A stretch of 64,000 nucleotides of DNA from an uncultured bacterium (GTDB lineage Bacteria > Patescibacteriota > Kazan-3B-28): NCBI GenBank assembly GCA_963695435.1, contig OY968788.1, forward strand, positions 207,424 through 271,423, read 5' to 3'. The notes under the pieces are model-generated. The model made no database searches, had not been told where the DNA came from, and saw only the letters and a program-made list of their open reading frames with translations. How positions within the stretch are numbered: position 1 is the first letter of the stretch; each line of letters opens with the position of its first letter. Shown here one piece after another: positions 44,372-54,731 of the stretch. Made by a program: the position numbers and the translations under genes.

Positions 44372-46444
44372 TCAGAGACCAAAGCAGTACATGAGTCCAT
44401 CGTTGCTGATGATATATACTACTCCGTCTCCAACTGCCGGGAGTGTGTCCACTGGTCCGCCAGTAGTGTACTCCCATTTCACCGACTTGTCTGGGTTGAG
44501 AGCGTAAATGTTACCATTGTAACTGGCGACATAGACGGTTCCATTAATGTCGGCGGTAATGAAATTACCGCCATACATCGTCCCGGATGGGAACTCCCAG
44601 TTGACGCTACCGTCTACTCGGCTTAGTGAGTAGATCTTGTCTTCATCGGCAAGGTTGCTGGTGTAGATAGCGGTATCAGTGATGACCGGGGAAGCCATTA
44701 GAAACTCACCCAGTAGGGGGCTCTGCCACTTCAACTGACCATCGGGGTGGAGAGCATAGACATAACCATCGTAGCTCGCTACATAGATGGTGCCTTCTTC
44801 GTCGATAGAAGCAGAAGCAAAGATGCCCGCGCCAGTGGCAAAGTGCCATTTCTCGGTGCCATCAGGGTTGATGGCGTAGAGGTTCTTGTCGAAACTTCCC
44901 ACGAAGATAGTTCCATCTTCCCCGATGGCGGGGGAACCATAGACCGTATTTCCGGTTGGGAAAGTCCAGACAATACTGCCGTCGCTTGGATGAAAAGCGT
45001 AAACATTCCAGTCCAAGCTTCCGGCATAGATCGTCCCATCCTTTGGCGAGATGGCAGGTGAACTGAAGATCCCTGCCACATCACTTATGGTTGGGGAAGT
45101 CCATCTTAGACTTCCGTCGAAACTAGAGAATGCGTAGATTTGATTGTCTGCGCACCCTAGATAGACGTCGCCGTCATTACCGATGGCACAGGTGCTTTGG
45201 GTTTGCACAGATAGATTTATCGGTACAGTCCATCGCTCACTGCCGCTATCGTTCACGGCGAAGAGATTGTTGTGGACAGCGTAGATTCCATTCGGTCCAA
45301 TCGTCACCCCGGCATACATCATTGCTCCACTGCTGACGGGGTAAGTCCACTTGACGGCATTGGTCTGGGGGCCGGCAAATGCTCCTCTACAAGTGTTCTT
45401 GGGGTTCCCGCCATACTTTGGCCAGGAACTTTGTGCTAACCCTGCTGTTTTACCCGTAAAATCCATCCCGACTGCATCGTCGTTCGTTATGGACAGGTGA
45501 ACGGGCGCGGGGGAGAACCAATGTCCTTCCATTTCCGCGGAGAGGATGTAATCTCCCGTAGGGATGAAAGAGAAGGCGTAGCTCCCGTCTGCCGTCGTTA
45601 CGATGGTACTGTTTTTGGGCATCAGTTTGACTAATGCCCCTGAAAGCCCGAGGCCAACGGAATCTTTTATCATCCCGCTGATGCTAAACAATGGTGGGAG
45701 GTTGGGCATTGCTACCTCCGCTTCCGTACCGTCAGCATCGTCTCCGAATGCAGTCACTTTGTATCGCACATCGGATGTGGCAAAGTGTTCGTCGGTGACT
45801 CCACTGATGTCGTCGATGTAGCCATACTCCGTTTCCAACTCTGTTCCCATAATTCGGTTGGCAGACCAATTGGGGCTGCCGAGATCCGAATTGGGACGAA
45901 AGTTGGTCTCCCAATCAACAGTTGTCCCATTCCACTTTCCTCGCCAGACTCGGAATCCTTCCAAATGGACTCCGAAATTCATCGCAATGGCGGTAACATC
46001 GGCGATGTTGATTGTAGGATCGTTATCGCCGTTGACGAAGATGGTTTCCGCATGGCTGTTACATTCTTGACCATAGTATATCGCCAGCGGCGTGATGTCG
46101 CTGATGTCAATACTGCCATCGTTGTTGTAGTCGCCCTTGAGGGCGATCGACGACCAAGTCAACATAGATTTTTCTTCGGGGCCGTTGCCCACGGCAACCA
46201 AGCTGGTTACCGTTACAAATGCGGTTGGTGGGGCCGACACACTTCTTGTTGCCAGTTGTTTGGACAGCTCTTCGTTCAGTGCTGTCCAAATTTGTTCGTT
46301 GACGCCTTGCGGCGCAACGATGACAGGTTTGCCTAGTCCTTTTAGGACAGGAGTGGGATGGCCGCAACCAGTGATTGCGACTACCAGCAGTACAGAGATA
46401 AAAATAATATGTCGCATGGTTTGCGACCTCCTTCTAGTTTTCAA
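44372..46444 (-). CDS. Large lipoprotein: PQQ-like beta-propeller repeats plus dockerin-like calcium-binding repeats
   Basis: Lipobox MRHIIFISVLLVVAITGCG; two dockerin-like D.N.DG.ID..D segments; more than 8 repeats of DG.(I/V)Y.GS.D..(L/V)YA...DG..KW. Confidence 0.7.
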   Translation of the reverse strand: MKTRRRSQTMRHIIFISVLLVVAITGCGHPTPVLKGLGKPVIVAPQGVNEQIWTALNEELSKQLATRSVSAPPTAFVTVTSLVAVGNGPEEKSMLTWSSIALKGDYNNDGSIDISDITPLAIYYGQECNSHAETIFVNGDNDPTINIADVTAIAMNFGVHLEGFRVWRGKWNGTTVDWETNFRPNSDLGSPNWSANRIMGTELETEYGYIDDISGVTDEHFATSDVRYKVTAFGDDADGTEAEVAMPNLPPLFSISGMIKDSVGLGLSGALVKLMPKNSTIVTTADGSYAFSFIPTGDYILSAEMEGHWFSPAPVHLSITNDDAVGMDFTGKTAGLAQSSWPKYGGNPKNTCRGAFAGPQTNAVKWTYPVSSGAMMYAGVTIGPNGIYAVHNNLFAVNDSGSERWTVPINLSVQTQSTCAIGNDGDVYLGCADNQIYAFSSFDGSLRWTSPTISDVAGIFSSPAISPKDGTIYAGSLDWNVYAFHPSDGSIVWTFPTGNTVYGSPAIGEDGTIFVGSFDKNLYAINPDGTEKWHFATGAGIFASASIDEEGTIYVASYDGYVYALHPDGQLKWQSPLLGEFLMASPVITDTAIYTSNLADEDKIYSLSRVDGSVNWEFPSGTMYGGNFITADINGTVYVASYNGNIYALNPDKSVKWEYTTGGPVDTLPAVGDGVVYIISNDGLMYCFGL

Positions 46445-46623
46445 TGAGCTCCCGAGGCTTCCCCCGAGGCAGGTTCAATATAGCAAAAAAGTGGCTCTAG
46501 GTCAATAATTTTCAGCTTATGGTGCGCCCGAAAAATCGGGCTGTTTGGGGCAAAAAAGTTTGTGGTGGGCGAGGATTTTGTTCGCTCTATGGTTTATGGA
46601 GACTTATCCCCATTGAAGTAATA

Positions 46624-46652
46624 TTGACCCTATAAAATAAAGAGCTGATAAT
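46624..46652 (+). promoter_or_regulatory. Sigma70-like promoter TTGACC-N17-GATAAT
   Basis: ttgacc ctataaaataaagagct gataat, about 40 nt upstream of the mini-ORF. Confidence 0.45.
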
Positions 46653-46691
46653 TAGGTTGTTATAACAGCTAAGTTCATGGGGACCCAAAAA

Positions 46692-46736
46692 ATGGCAGGA
46701 AAGAAAAAGAAGAAGGCCAAGGCCAAGAAGAAATAG
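46692..46736 (+). CDS. Mini-ORF encoding MAGKKKKKAKAKKK (14 aa)
   Basis: RBS gggga 8 nt upstream; terminator-like hairpin acgactcga ttta tcgggtcgt + T-run at 46775-46805. Confidence 0.3.
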   Translation: MAGKKKKKAKAKKK

Positions 46737-46969
46737 GTTAATTCCTATTTCGTTTGGAATTATAAATAAACAAGACGACTCGATTTATCGGGTCGTTTTG
46801 TTGTTTGGTATAATAGGAATATGCCCAGTAGAGAAATTTAGAACGTCTTGGGCGAATGCTATGTTCTCTGCTGGATAAACAAAATCGTAATAACTATCAG
46901 ATAAAATTATAAACTGGATAATGCCCAAGTCGGGCAAGAGAATATAGCTTCTAAATTCTTCTACTGGGT

Positions 46970-47422
46970 ATGAAAAATAATTTATTAGCTCTACAGAATT
47001 TTTTGCTGACGGCGGGCACATTGTTCGCGGGATACAATGTTTTCAGGGTAATCGAGAGATATCTTAGTATTGATGGTTTGTGGACTGTGTATAAAATGCC
47101 GAGTGGTTTGGTCAACCCATTACTTACTCCTTGCTTCTGGGGATTTGTAGTTTTTATTATTGCGTGTATATGGTCAATTGCTCTGCGTATTAATTACAGC
47201 AAGGCGAGCCAATACAAATTGGTTTGGCTGATTGCGGTAGGCGCAGTTTTCGCCTGGGGGAATTACGGTTACGAATTAGGACGGCTGTACCACAATCAAG
47301 TATGTAATCTAGGATGCGCGCCCGGATACTTTGGTATTCCCCAATTTACAAGTTGTGTGGTGGGGGCGACTATCTTTACTTTGGCACTGATTACGGCGGT
47401 GAAGTTGCGCAAAAGTAATTAG
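46970..47422 (+). CDS. Hypothetical membrane protein (4 TM)
   Basis: Hydrophobic profile; CNLGC motif; no family recognised. Confidence 0.4.
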   Translation: MKNNLLALQNFLLTAGTLFAGYNVFRVIERYLSIDGLWTVYKMPSGLVNPLLTPCFWGFVVFIIACIWSIALRINYSKASQYKLVWLIAVGAVFAWGNYGYELGRLYHNQVCNLGCAPGYFGIPQFTSCVVGATIFTLALITAVKLRKSN

Positions 47423-47452
47423 TGGGAGCGAATTATTGGCAAGAGGGGTGCT

Positions 47453-48295
47453 TTGACAAAAGCTAAATTTTTTGGTATAATGGAAGTAAGTCTGGGGGAC
47501 GAAACCAAAAACAAAATGTCACATAGTCACTGTTTCAGATTAGTTCAAAGAAAAAACCGCCGCCGTTCAGGTACGGCGGTATTAGTGTTCCCGGGGTTGA
47601 TTCCGACTTACTCTAACCTCGACGGAGAGGCGAGATTGTTTTCGCAGTTCGGTGATGTATTGGAATTTCACTATCCCGAAAAGAATATAAAAATTCAAGA
47701 TTTGTATCATGATGTGACAGACACCATCAGGGAACTTCAGTACAAAAAAATAATTTTACTAGGAATGTCGTTCGGTGGAACAATAGCATATTTACTAACA
47801 CGCTATTGGCGTAAACATAGAATAGATGTTGGGTTATCTGCATTTGTAGCGGCATCCACTCCTTTCCAGCCAGAAAATCTTACGCCTCGTTCACAATTTG
47901 AATTAGACTTGGGCGCGACATTAGATGCGTACGCTAGGAAGGTGATGATAGCCGTAGTAAGAATGCTGAAATTTGTTTGGAGATTTAGTTTTGGTCTTGC
48001 TCATTTCTATGCCAAAGACAGTTCGGTCCAAGAAACAATCAACGGAATCCGAATGGGCTATATTTTACGACAGGACTGGGTGGTTAAGCGCAGATTCCTG
48101 CAGGTTCCGGCATTGCTTCTAAATACCAAAGATAGTGTTACTGATCCGTTCGTTTTGCGAGAGAACGAATTGGACTTTTTGGAAATCTTTCCTCACGGAA
48201 AAGTGATGCGGGTGTTGACTCGTCATGCTGAAATCAAAGGGGTGGCGCCGGTGGTTTATCGGCAGGTGACACAGTTTCTTCGGGAAGCTCTATAA
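47453..48295 (+). CDS. Alpha/beta hydrolase fold protein (start uncertain, possibly 47516)
   Basis: GxSxG nucleophile elbow LLGMSFGG. Confidence 0.6.
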   Translation: MTKAKFFGIMEVSLGDETKNKMSHSHCFRLVQRKNRRRSGTAVLVFPGLIPTYSNLDGEARLFSQFGDVLEFHYPEKNIKIQDLYHDVTDTIRELQYKKIILLGMSFGGTIAYLLTRYWRKHRIDVGLSAFVAASTPFQPENLTPRSQFELDLGATLDAYARKVMIAVVRMLKFVWRFSFGLAHFYAKDSSVQETINGIRMGYILRQDWVVKRRFLQVPALLLNTKDSVTDPFVLRENELDFLEIFPHGKVMRVLTRHAEIKGVAPVVYRQVTQFLREAL

Positions 48296-48404
48296 ATTCT
48301 TAAAATAGGCTTGATTTGAACTTGAAAAAATAGGGGTAAAATCGCCTTGAAAAGGGCGGTTTTTTCAGATATAGTGAAAGGGCTAGAAGTGAAGAAAAAA
48401 TGGG

Positions 48405-49403
48405 ATGAAATTTGAGGAAGAAATCACCGACAACGAGGCAGAAGAAATTGAAGCGGAAACAAAAGAAATGAAAAGCTACCATCGGCCAAAAGCGCCCGGT
48501 TTGTTGCTGACTATTTTTGGTGCGATTATTGTGATTTTGGTTGGTGGGTTGGCTTCATATTATTACTACACTTTCCAAAGCCAAGGAACGGTTGGTGAGA
48601 AAAAATTGAAGCAAGTTTGGAGTGATACGGTGAACGAAAGCAATTTGTTGCTGACCAAATTCAATAGCATTGATACTTTTGATAAATTGGGCGACACCAG
48701 CAGTGGCCAATCGCTAACACAGTTGATAAATGCTACAAATCAAACTGTTCGTGATGGTTTGTATGACATTGGGTCGCAGACCGGGCTCAATATCAAAGCC
48801 AGCACGGCAGCCAGTAAGCTAACTAGTTTTCTAGAGGATTACAGTGCGATGCTTTTGGAATTGAAACGGATTGCGGGACGAGTGGCGGATGTCAGCGACA
48901 AAAAAGAATTGGATACACTGAAAGCCGATGGTGAACAGGCATCCAAGTCGTATGACGAGTTATTGTTGGTGGGGAACAGTCTGGTCCAAACAAAACTGCC
49001 GCGAGCTATCTTTGATATTCCAAGCGATGTGGAGGTGCTTTTGGGCAAGAAGATAGATGAGGGTGGTACGCAAACCGAACAGCAAACTGCGGCTCAACAG
49101 GCGGCGGAACAGGTAGTAAGCCAGTTTGTGCAGGCATGGCAGAGTCGAGACGCAGATGGAATGACGGCAAGATTGACTAAGGGTGCTAAAGCAGATTTCA
49201 GCCCGGGGATTGTGGAAGAATCATCGGATGTCACAGGTTTTAGAATTACAAAGACTACTGTGCCGGAAGATTTGAGCAAAGTGACCATTGTAGGTGAATT
49301 GGATAAACAAACACCTGATAAGAAAAAAGTTACTGAAAATTGGCAATTTGTTCTGGTGAAAAGCGGAGACAAGTGGTTGATAGACAGTTGGGCGAAACAA
49401 TAA
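48405..49403 (+). CDS. Membrane-anchored hypothetical protein with C-terminal NTF2/SnoaL-like region
   Basis: Acidic N-terminus, one TM, C-terminal AEQVVSQFVQAWQSRDADGM..WLIDSW. Confidence 0.4.
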   Translation: MKFEEEITDNEAEEIEAETKEMKSYHRPKAPGLLLTIFGAIIVILVGGLASYYYYTFQSQGTVGEKKLKQVWSDTVNESNLLLTKFNSIDTFDKLGDTSSGQSLTQLINATNQTVRDGLYDIGSQTGLNIKASTAASKLTSFLEDYSAMLLELKRIAGRVADVSDKKELDTLKADGEQASKSYDELLLVGNSLVQTKLPRAIFDIPSDVEVLLGKKIDEGGTQTEQQTAAQQAAEQVVSQFVQAWQSRDADGMTARLTKGAKADFSPGIVEESSDVTGFRITKTTVPEDLSKVTIVGELDKQTPDKKKVTENWQFVLVKSGDKWLIDSWAKQ

Positions 49404-49481
49404 AAAGTAGAAATGATAGAACGCAAAATGGGGAGTGGCGCTATTGAAGCGTATTGAGTAGTTGATACAAAATAGTTATTC

Positions 49482-52385
49482 TTGGTGGATATGAAAGAAG
49501 ACGGAAGTAATATTGGTAAAGTAAATTTGCGGTCGATTGACGTTGAAATGCGGCAGTCGTATTTGGATTACGCAATGAGCGTAATTGTTTCCCGCGCTTT
49601 GCCCGATGTTCGTGATGGGATGAAACCGGTTCACCGCCGTATTTTGTTTGCGATGGGGGAATCAGGGCTTCGGCACAATGTAAAATACCGCAAAAGCGCT
49701 GAAGTTGTTGGTGGTGTCATAGCGTTTTACCACCCGCATGGTGATGTGGCTGTTTATGACACTCTGGTGCGTCTAGCGCAGCCATGGAGTATGAGATACC
49801 CATTGGTAGATGGTCAGGGTAACTTTGGTTCGGTGGATGGAGACGGCGCGGCGGCAATGCGTTATACCGAATCTAGAATGACGGCCATTGCCGAAGAAGT
49901 GTTGGCTGATTTGGATAAAGATACAGTCGATTTTCACGATAACTATTCCAATACCAAAAAAGAGCCGGATGTGCTGCCCAGTAAGATTCCGCAACTGCTT
50001 TTGAACGGCACGATGGGTATCGCGGTTGGTATGGCGACGAATATTCCGCCACACAACTTGGGCGAGATGATGAATGCGATTACATATTTGATAGACGAAC
50101 CGGAGGCAGATGTTGATAAATTGATGGAATTTATTCCGGGTCCGGATTTTCCAACTGGCGGTCTTATTTTTAATCCGAAAGATATTAGAGAAGCTTATGC
50201 TACCGGTCATGGAAAAGTGGTAATGCGGGCGGTGGCGGAAATTATTGAAAATGGCAATGCGCATCAAATTATTATTTCCGAATTGCCGTATCAGGTGAAC
50301 AAGGCGGAATTGGTGACGAAGATTGCCGAGTTGGTGAAGCTGAAAAAATTAGTCGGCATTGCAGATCTTAGGGATGAATCAGATCGTGACGGAATTCGCG
50401 TGGCAGTAGATTTGCGCAAAGATGCGTATCCTAAGAAAATTTTGAATCAGTTGTTCAAGATGACGCCCCTGCAGTCCACTTTTCATGTGAACTTACTGGC
50501 GCTTGAAAATGGCATTCAGCCGAAAGTTTTCACGCTGAAAGAAGCGCTGATTGAATTTTTGAATCACAGGCGGGTAGTGGTTCGACGCCGTACCCAATTT
50601 GAATTAACCAAAGCAGAAGAGCGGGCGCATATTTTGGAAGGTTTGAAAATCGCGTTAGATAATCTTGATGCGGTAATTTCAACAATCAAAAAATCTGCCA
50701 CCAAAGAAGAGGCGCACGCCAACTTAATGAAGAAGTTTAAGCTGACTGAAGTTCAGGCGTCAGCAATTTTGGAAATGAGATTGTCCGCATTGGCGGGCTT
50801 GGAACGGAAGAAAGTGGAAGATGAATACATTGAAAAGAAGAAATTGATTGCGGAATTGAAGAGTATTTTGAAAGATCCGAAGAGAATTGACGACATCATC
50901 AGAAAAGAATGTGTTGAGATGAAAGAAAGATACGGCGACAAGCGCCGGACACAGATGAGCGGGAAAACAGTCGGCGACTTTACGGATATGGATTTGATTC
51001 CGAACGAAGAAGTGGTGGTGACAATGTCGGTGGGCAATTACATCAAACGCCAAGCAATTAGCGAATACCGTACGCAAAGAAGGGGTGGTAAGGGTGTAAT
51101 CGGTATGACCACCAAAGAGGAAGATCAAATTAGTACCATTCAGGTTGCAAAAAATCATGATGATATTCTGTTCTTCACCAATCGGGGACGAGTTTTCCGT
51201 CAAAAAGTATTTGAAATTCCACAAGCTTCTAGAATTGCGCGTGGTACAGCGGCGGTGAATGTAATTCAATTAGCGCCTGATGAAAAGGTGACTGCGCTCC
51301 TCGCAATGCCTGAAAAAGTATGGGCAGGTGATTTTGTAATGATTACAAAACAAGGTGTTATCAAAAAAACAATTACTTCCGCGTATGCAAATATTCGAAG
51401 CAATGGCCTGATTGCTATCAAATTAGACGAAGGCGACGAATTGAAATGGGTGCGCAAGAGTCAGTCTGGCGATGAAGTAATGATTGTCACGCAAGACGGT
51501 CAGTCAATTAAATTCAAAGAAAGTGATGCTCGTCCACTTGGCCGTTCTACTCGAGGGGTTAGAGCTATTAAACTTCGTAAAGGTGATGAAGTAATCGGCG
51601 CGGATGTAGCAAAGCAGGGGATTCCTTCCGCATTGTTTGTGGTGTCCGCTAATGGTTTGGGCAAACAAACATTGTTGTCGCAATACACTTTGCAACATCG
51701 GGGCGGTGTTGGAATTAAAACAATGCAGGTGACCGCGAAAACGGGCAAGGTAATTGGTGCCAAGTTGGTGGAAAGAACATTGAAAGCGGATGTTATTATG
51801 ACTTCTACTGATGGTCAGATTATTCGTTTGCCGTTAAAGAGTGTTCCGACATTGGGTCGGGCAACGCAGGGTGTACGGCTGATGCGAATGAAGAATGCGA
51901 CCGATAAAGTAGCATCATTTACAGTTTTGTTTATGGAAGAAGTGGATGGTAAATTGAGTAATCCGAATGAAGAATTATCAGAACAAGAATTGGCAAAGTT
52001 GCCGAAGATAGATATTAGTGAAGCGGAGATAGTAGAGGAAGTCTCGGAAGAAATTGAGGAGAAACCAGTTGCAAAGACCAAGCCAGTCGAGGTAAAACAG
52101 ACTAAGCCGATAAAAGCGGTCAAGCAAGTGGTGAAAGCGGTGAAGAAGTCTATCGTAAAACAGGTAGTTAAGAAATCTCCTCCCGTTTTCAAGAAAAAAG
52201 TTTTGTCTCCTGTGCGGGCAGGCAAAAAGAATGTCAAACGTTCTCCACTGGTTGCGAAATCCGCTCCTAAAAAAGCAGGGTTTACTGTTCGTAAGTTAAC
52301 TAAAAAAGCAACCGGTAAAGCAACTCCAAGATTGAAAATTAAAAAAGCGCAGCCAAAAGGATTTGTAAGAAGGAAATTGAGGTAA
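49482..52385 (+). CDS. gyrA: DNA gyrase subunit A with about 170-aa Lys-rich C-terminal extension
   Basis: [25 protein letters not shown], active-site region, beta-pinwheel repeats; tail ..[37 protein letters not shown]. Confidence 0.9.
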   Translation: MVDMKEDGSNIGKVNLRSIDVEMRQSYLDYAMSVIVSRALPDVRDGMKPVHRRILFAMGESGLRHNVKYRKSAEVVGGVIAFYHPHGDVAVYDTLVRLAQPWSMRYPLVDGQGNFGSVDGDGAAAMRYTESRMTAIAEEVLADLDKDTVDFHDNYSNTKKEPDVLPSKIPQLLLNGTMGIAVGMATNIPPHNLGEMMNAITYLIDEPEADVDKLMEFIPGPDFPTGGLIFNPKDIREAYATGHGKVVMRAVAEIIENGNAHQIIISELPYQVNKAELVTKIAELVKLKKLVGIADLRDESDRDGIRVAVDLRKDAYPKKILNQLFKMTPLQSTFHVNLLALENGIQPKVFTLKEALIEFLNHRRVVVRRRTQFELTKAEERAHILEGLKIALDNLDAVISTIKKSATKEEAHANLMKKFKLTEVQASAILEMRLSALAGLERKKVEDEYIEKKKLIAELKSILKDPKRIDDIIRKECVEMKERYGDKRRTQMSGKTVGDFTDMDLIPNEEVVVTMSVGNYIKRQAISEYRTQRRGGKGVIGMTTKEEDQISTIQVAKNHDDILFFTNRGRVFRQKVFEIPQASRIARGTAAVNVIQLAPDEKVTALLAMPEKVWAGDFVMITKQGVIKKTITSAYANIRSNGLIAIKLDEGDELKWVRKSQSGDEVMIVTQDGQSIKFKESDARPLGRSTRGVRAIKLRKGDEVIGADVAKQGIPSALFVVSANGLGKQTLLSQYTLQHRGGVGIKTMQVTAKTGKVIGAKLVERTLKADVIMTSTDGQIIRLPLKSVPTLGRATQGVRLMRMKNATDKVASFTVLFMEEVDGKLSNPNEELSEQELAKLPKIDISEAEIVEEVSEEIEEKPVAKTKPVEVKQTKPIKAVKQVVKAVKKSIVKQVVKKSPPVFKKKVLSPVRAGKKNVKRSPLVAKSAPKKAGFTVRKLTKKATGKATPRLKIKKAQPKGFVRRKLR

Positions 52386-52389
52386 AAAT

Positions 52390-52803
52390 ATGAATATTTT
52401 ACATTTTTTCAATTGGACTTATTATTTCGACAGCAATCTGTCGATGATGTTTTTGGGTTGGGGATACTGGATAATTCTCGCTCTGTTGGTATTGATGATA
52501 CTCGCAGGGCAGATTGTTCCTAGGCGAACTAAAAAACTGCAGTTTCTTCAACGGCAGTTAGTTTTGCGTTCAGCCGCAGTTGCTAATGTTGTCGGTTGGT
52601 TAGGACTTTTATGGTTAGTTTTCCGCTACGAGGGGATTAAGTATTTCTCTTGGCGGTTGTGGGCGGCACTGCTGGTGCTTTATGTTTTGATCCAAATCGG
52701 ACTGATGATTAAGTATGCCAAATTCGATTTTCCTGCCAAGCGGGCGAGTAAAGTGTCTGGGCAGGAAAAAGACAAGTATCTAAAAAGATATTTGAAGAAA
52801 TGA
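52390..52803 (+). CDS. Hypothetical membrane protein (3 TM)
   Basis: Hydrophobic ORF directly after gyrA. Confidence 0.4.
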   Translation: MNILHFFNWTYYFDSNLSMMFLGWGYWIILALLVLMILAGQIVPRRTKKLQFLQRQLVLRSAAVANVVGWLGLLWLVFRYEGIKYFSWRLWAALLVLYVLIQIGLMIKYAKFDFPAKRASKVSGQEKDKYLKRYLKK

Positions 52804-52827
52804 TTTTCAGTAAATAGAAAAGATCGA

Positions 52828-52856
52828 GGGGGCGCCAGTGCGGCGCCCCCTTTTTT
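52828..52856 (+). terminator. Strong rho-independent terminator
   Basis: gggggcgcc agtg cggcgccccc tttttt. Confidence 0.75.
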
Positions 52857-53258
52857 GGTAAACCCGTTTTTTTGTCTCGCTTAAGGCAAATGCCGAGCGA
52901 GACCTAATAATACACGAAAGAACGAACCTACTCGTCTCGCTTCTTGCAGTCAGCCAGGGTGGCTATGCTGCTAGCGAGACCTCACATCTTTTGCAGACAG
53001 TAGCGGATGGGTTCGGTAGTCCTTGAACCGTGCTACCGGCTGTCTTAGGCCTAGTGGCCTGGCCGCGCGTCGTGATCACATTGTGTTGTGACGAGAAGAA
53101 AATTGCGATAGTGCAAGCATAAGGTGCCATCATCTCCTTTCCCTTTTGATAGGGGTAAGATAATTGGAATGTATCAGAGCGGGGTAGGGCTGTCAATAAT
53201 TATTTGGCGGTGGGAGCGGATAATCTGGGCTTGTAGGAGAAGGAGCGGGGAGAGATGC

Positions 53259-53287
53259 TTGACGCGAGTTGACCGCTCCTTTATAGT
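53259..53287 (+). promoter_or_regulatory. Sigma70-like promoter TTGACG-N17-TATAGT for rpsA
   Basis: ttgacg cgagttgaccgctcctt tatagt, about 40 nt before the rpsA ATG. Confidence 0.5.
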
Positions 53288-53326
53288 GGGCAGTATCCGC
53301 GTTGTTATATTGGCTAACCAACAGAT

Positions 53327-54649
53327 ATGGCTAAGACGAAAGTCTCCGATGGGGCAACTCCCAAAGGCGCAAAGACAGCCTTCGCAAAATACCTCGACGA
53401 TGCCGGGGACGGTTTGAAAATCTACCAAATGGGAGATTTGGTGGCAGGCGAGGTGACAGCGATGACCAAGAATCGCATTTGGGTGGACATTGATGATGGC
53501 CGTTTTGTTGGAATCATTAGCAATAAAGAATTAGCCGAGGAAGGAATCTCGGCGCCTGATTATAAAATAGGCGATAGGGTGACTGCTTCGGTTCTGATGC
53601 CTGAAAACGATGAAGGCTTTATGATTTTGAGTCTTCGCGATGCTTTGGAAAATCAAGGCTGGGATGCATTGCAGGAACGGATGGGTAAAGATGAAGTATT
53701 TGATGTAAAAGTGGTGGAAGCAAACCGCGGTGGTTTGATTGTGGAGGCGGACGGCTTGAGAGGGTTTTTGCCAGTATCGCAATTGGCTCCAGAACATTAC
53801 CCACGCGTAGGCAATGACAAAGATGAGATTTTGAGCAGATTGTCTAAGTTTGAAGGACAGAATTTGCAGGTGAAAGTGCTCGATTTGGATAAAAGTACCA
53901 GCAAACTTATTTTCTCCGAGAAGGTTGCGCGCAAAGGTGAGTTTGATGAACTAGTTTCCGATATCAAAGTGGATGACATTTTGGAAGGAACGGTTAGCGG
54001 AGTCGTTGATTTTGGAATTTTTGTTTCTCTGGGCAAATTAGAAGGGTTGGTTCACATTTCTGAAATTAGCTGGGGCAAGGTGGATCATCCGGGTAATTTC
54101 GCCAAAGTAGGAGATACGGTAAAAGTGCAAGTGATTGCGATTGATGCGGATAAAATTTCTCTTTCAATGAAACGGTTGGAATCCAACCCATGGCTTACTA
54201 CTATTCAGAATTTCCGAGTGGGACAAACGGTGGAGGGAAAAGTTACGCAGATTATGCCGTTTGGCGTATTTGTTGAGGTGGAAGGCGGAGTGGATGGCTT
54301 GATTCACATCTCCGAGCTATCCCATGAGCATGTGCTTGATCCAAGTACAATTGTGAAGTCGGGCGACAAACTAAAGCTGAAAATTATTGATCTGGGAGCG
54401 GAAAGTCACCGTTTGGGGTTGAGCTTGAAAGAACTGCAGAAACCAACTGTGGTGAAGAAGGAAGAACCAGCCAGCACGGATGATTTGAAGAGTTTGGGTT
54501 TGACACCGGCAGTAATTAGAAAACTGAATGCGGTCGGAATTGAAAATAAAGCCGGTTTGGCGGGCAAAACTAAGGAAGAATTGGTAGCACTGCCTGGCAT
54601 CGGCGCAACTACAGCAGCCAAAATTATTGCGATTATGGAAAAGCAATAA
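53327..54649 (+). CDS. rpsA: 30S ribosomal protein S1 (four S1 domains plus C-terminal HhH module)
   Basis: Repeated S1 OB-fold units (GDLVAGEV.., GQNLQVKVLD.., DILEGTVSGVVDFGIFV.., GQTVEGKVTQIMPFGVFV..); C-terminal LPGIGATTAAKII HhH. Confidence 0.85.
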   Translation: MAKTKVSDGATPKGAKTAFAKYLDDAGDGLKIYQMGDLVAGEVTAMTKNRIWVDIDDGRFVGIISNKELAEEGISAPDYKIGDRVTASVLMPENDEGFMILSLRDALENQGWDALQERMGKDEVFDVKVVEANRGGLIVEADGLRGFLPVSQLAPEHYPRVGNDKDEILSRLSKFEGQNLQVKVLDLDKSTSKLIFSEKVARKGEFDELVSDIKVDDILEGTVSGVVDFGIFVSLGKLEGLVHISEISWGKVDHPGNFAKVGDTVKVQVIAIDADKISLSMKRLESNPWLTTIQNFRVGQTVEGKVTQIMPFGVFVEVEGGVDGLIHISELSHEHVLDPSTIVKSGDKLKLKIIDLGAESHRLGLSLKELQKPTVVKKEEPASTDDLKSLGLTPAVIRKLNAVGIENKAGLAGKTKEELVALPGIGATTAAKIIAIMEKQ

Positions 54650-54731
54650 TAATACTTCGAAAGAAGATTTCGAGGTAAAATAAAATTGCATGGCTGCTAG
54701 CAACATTTTTAGCAGTCATTTTTTATAACTT

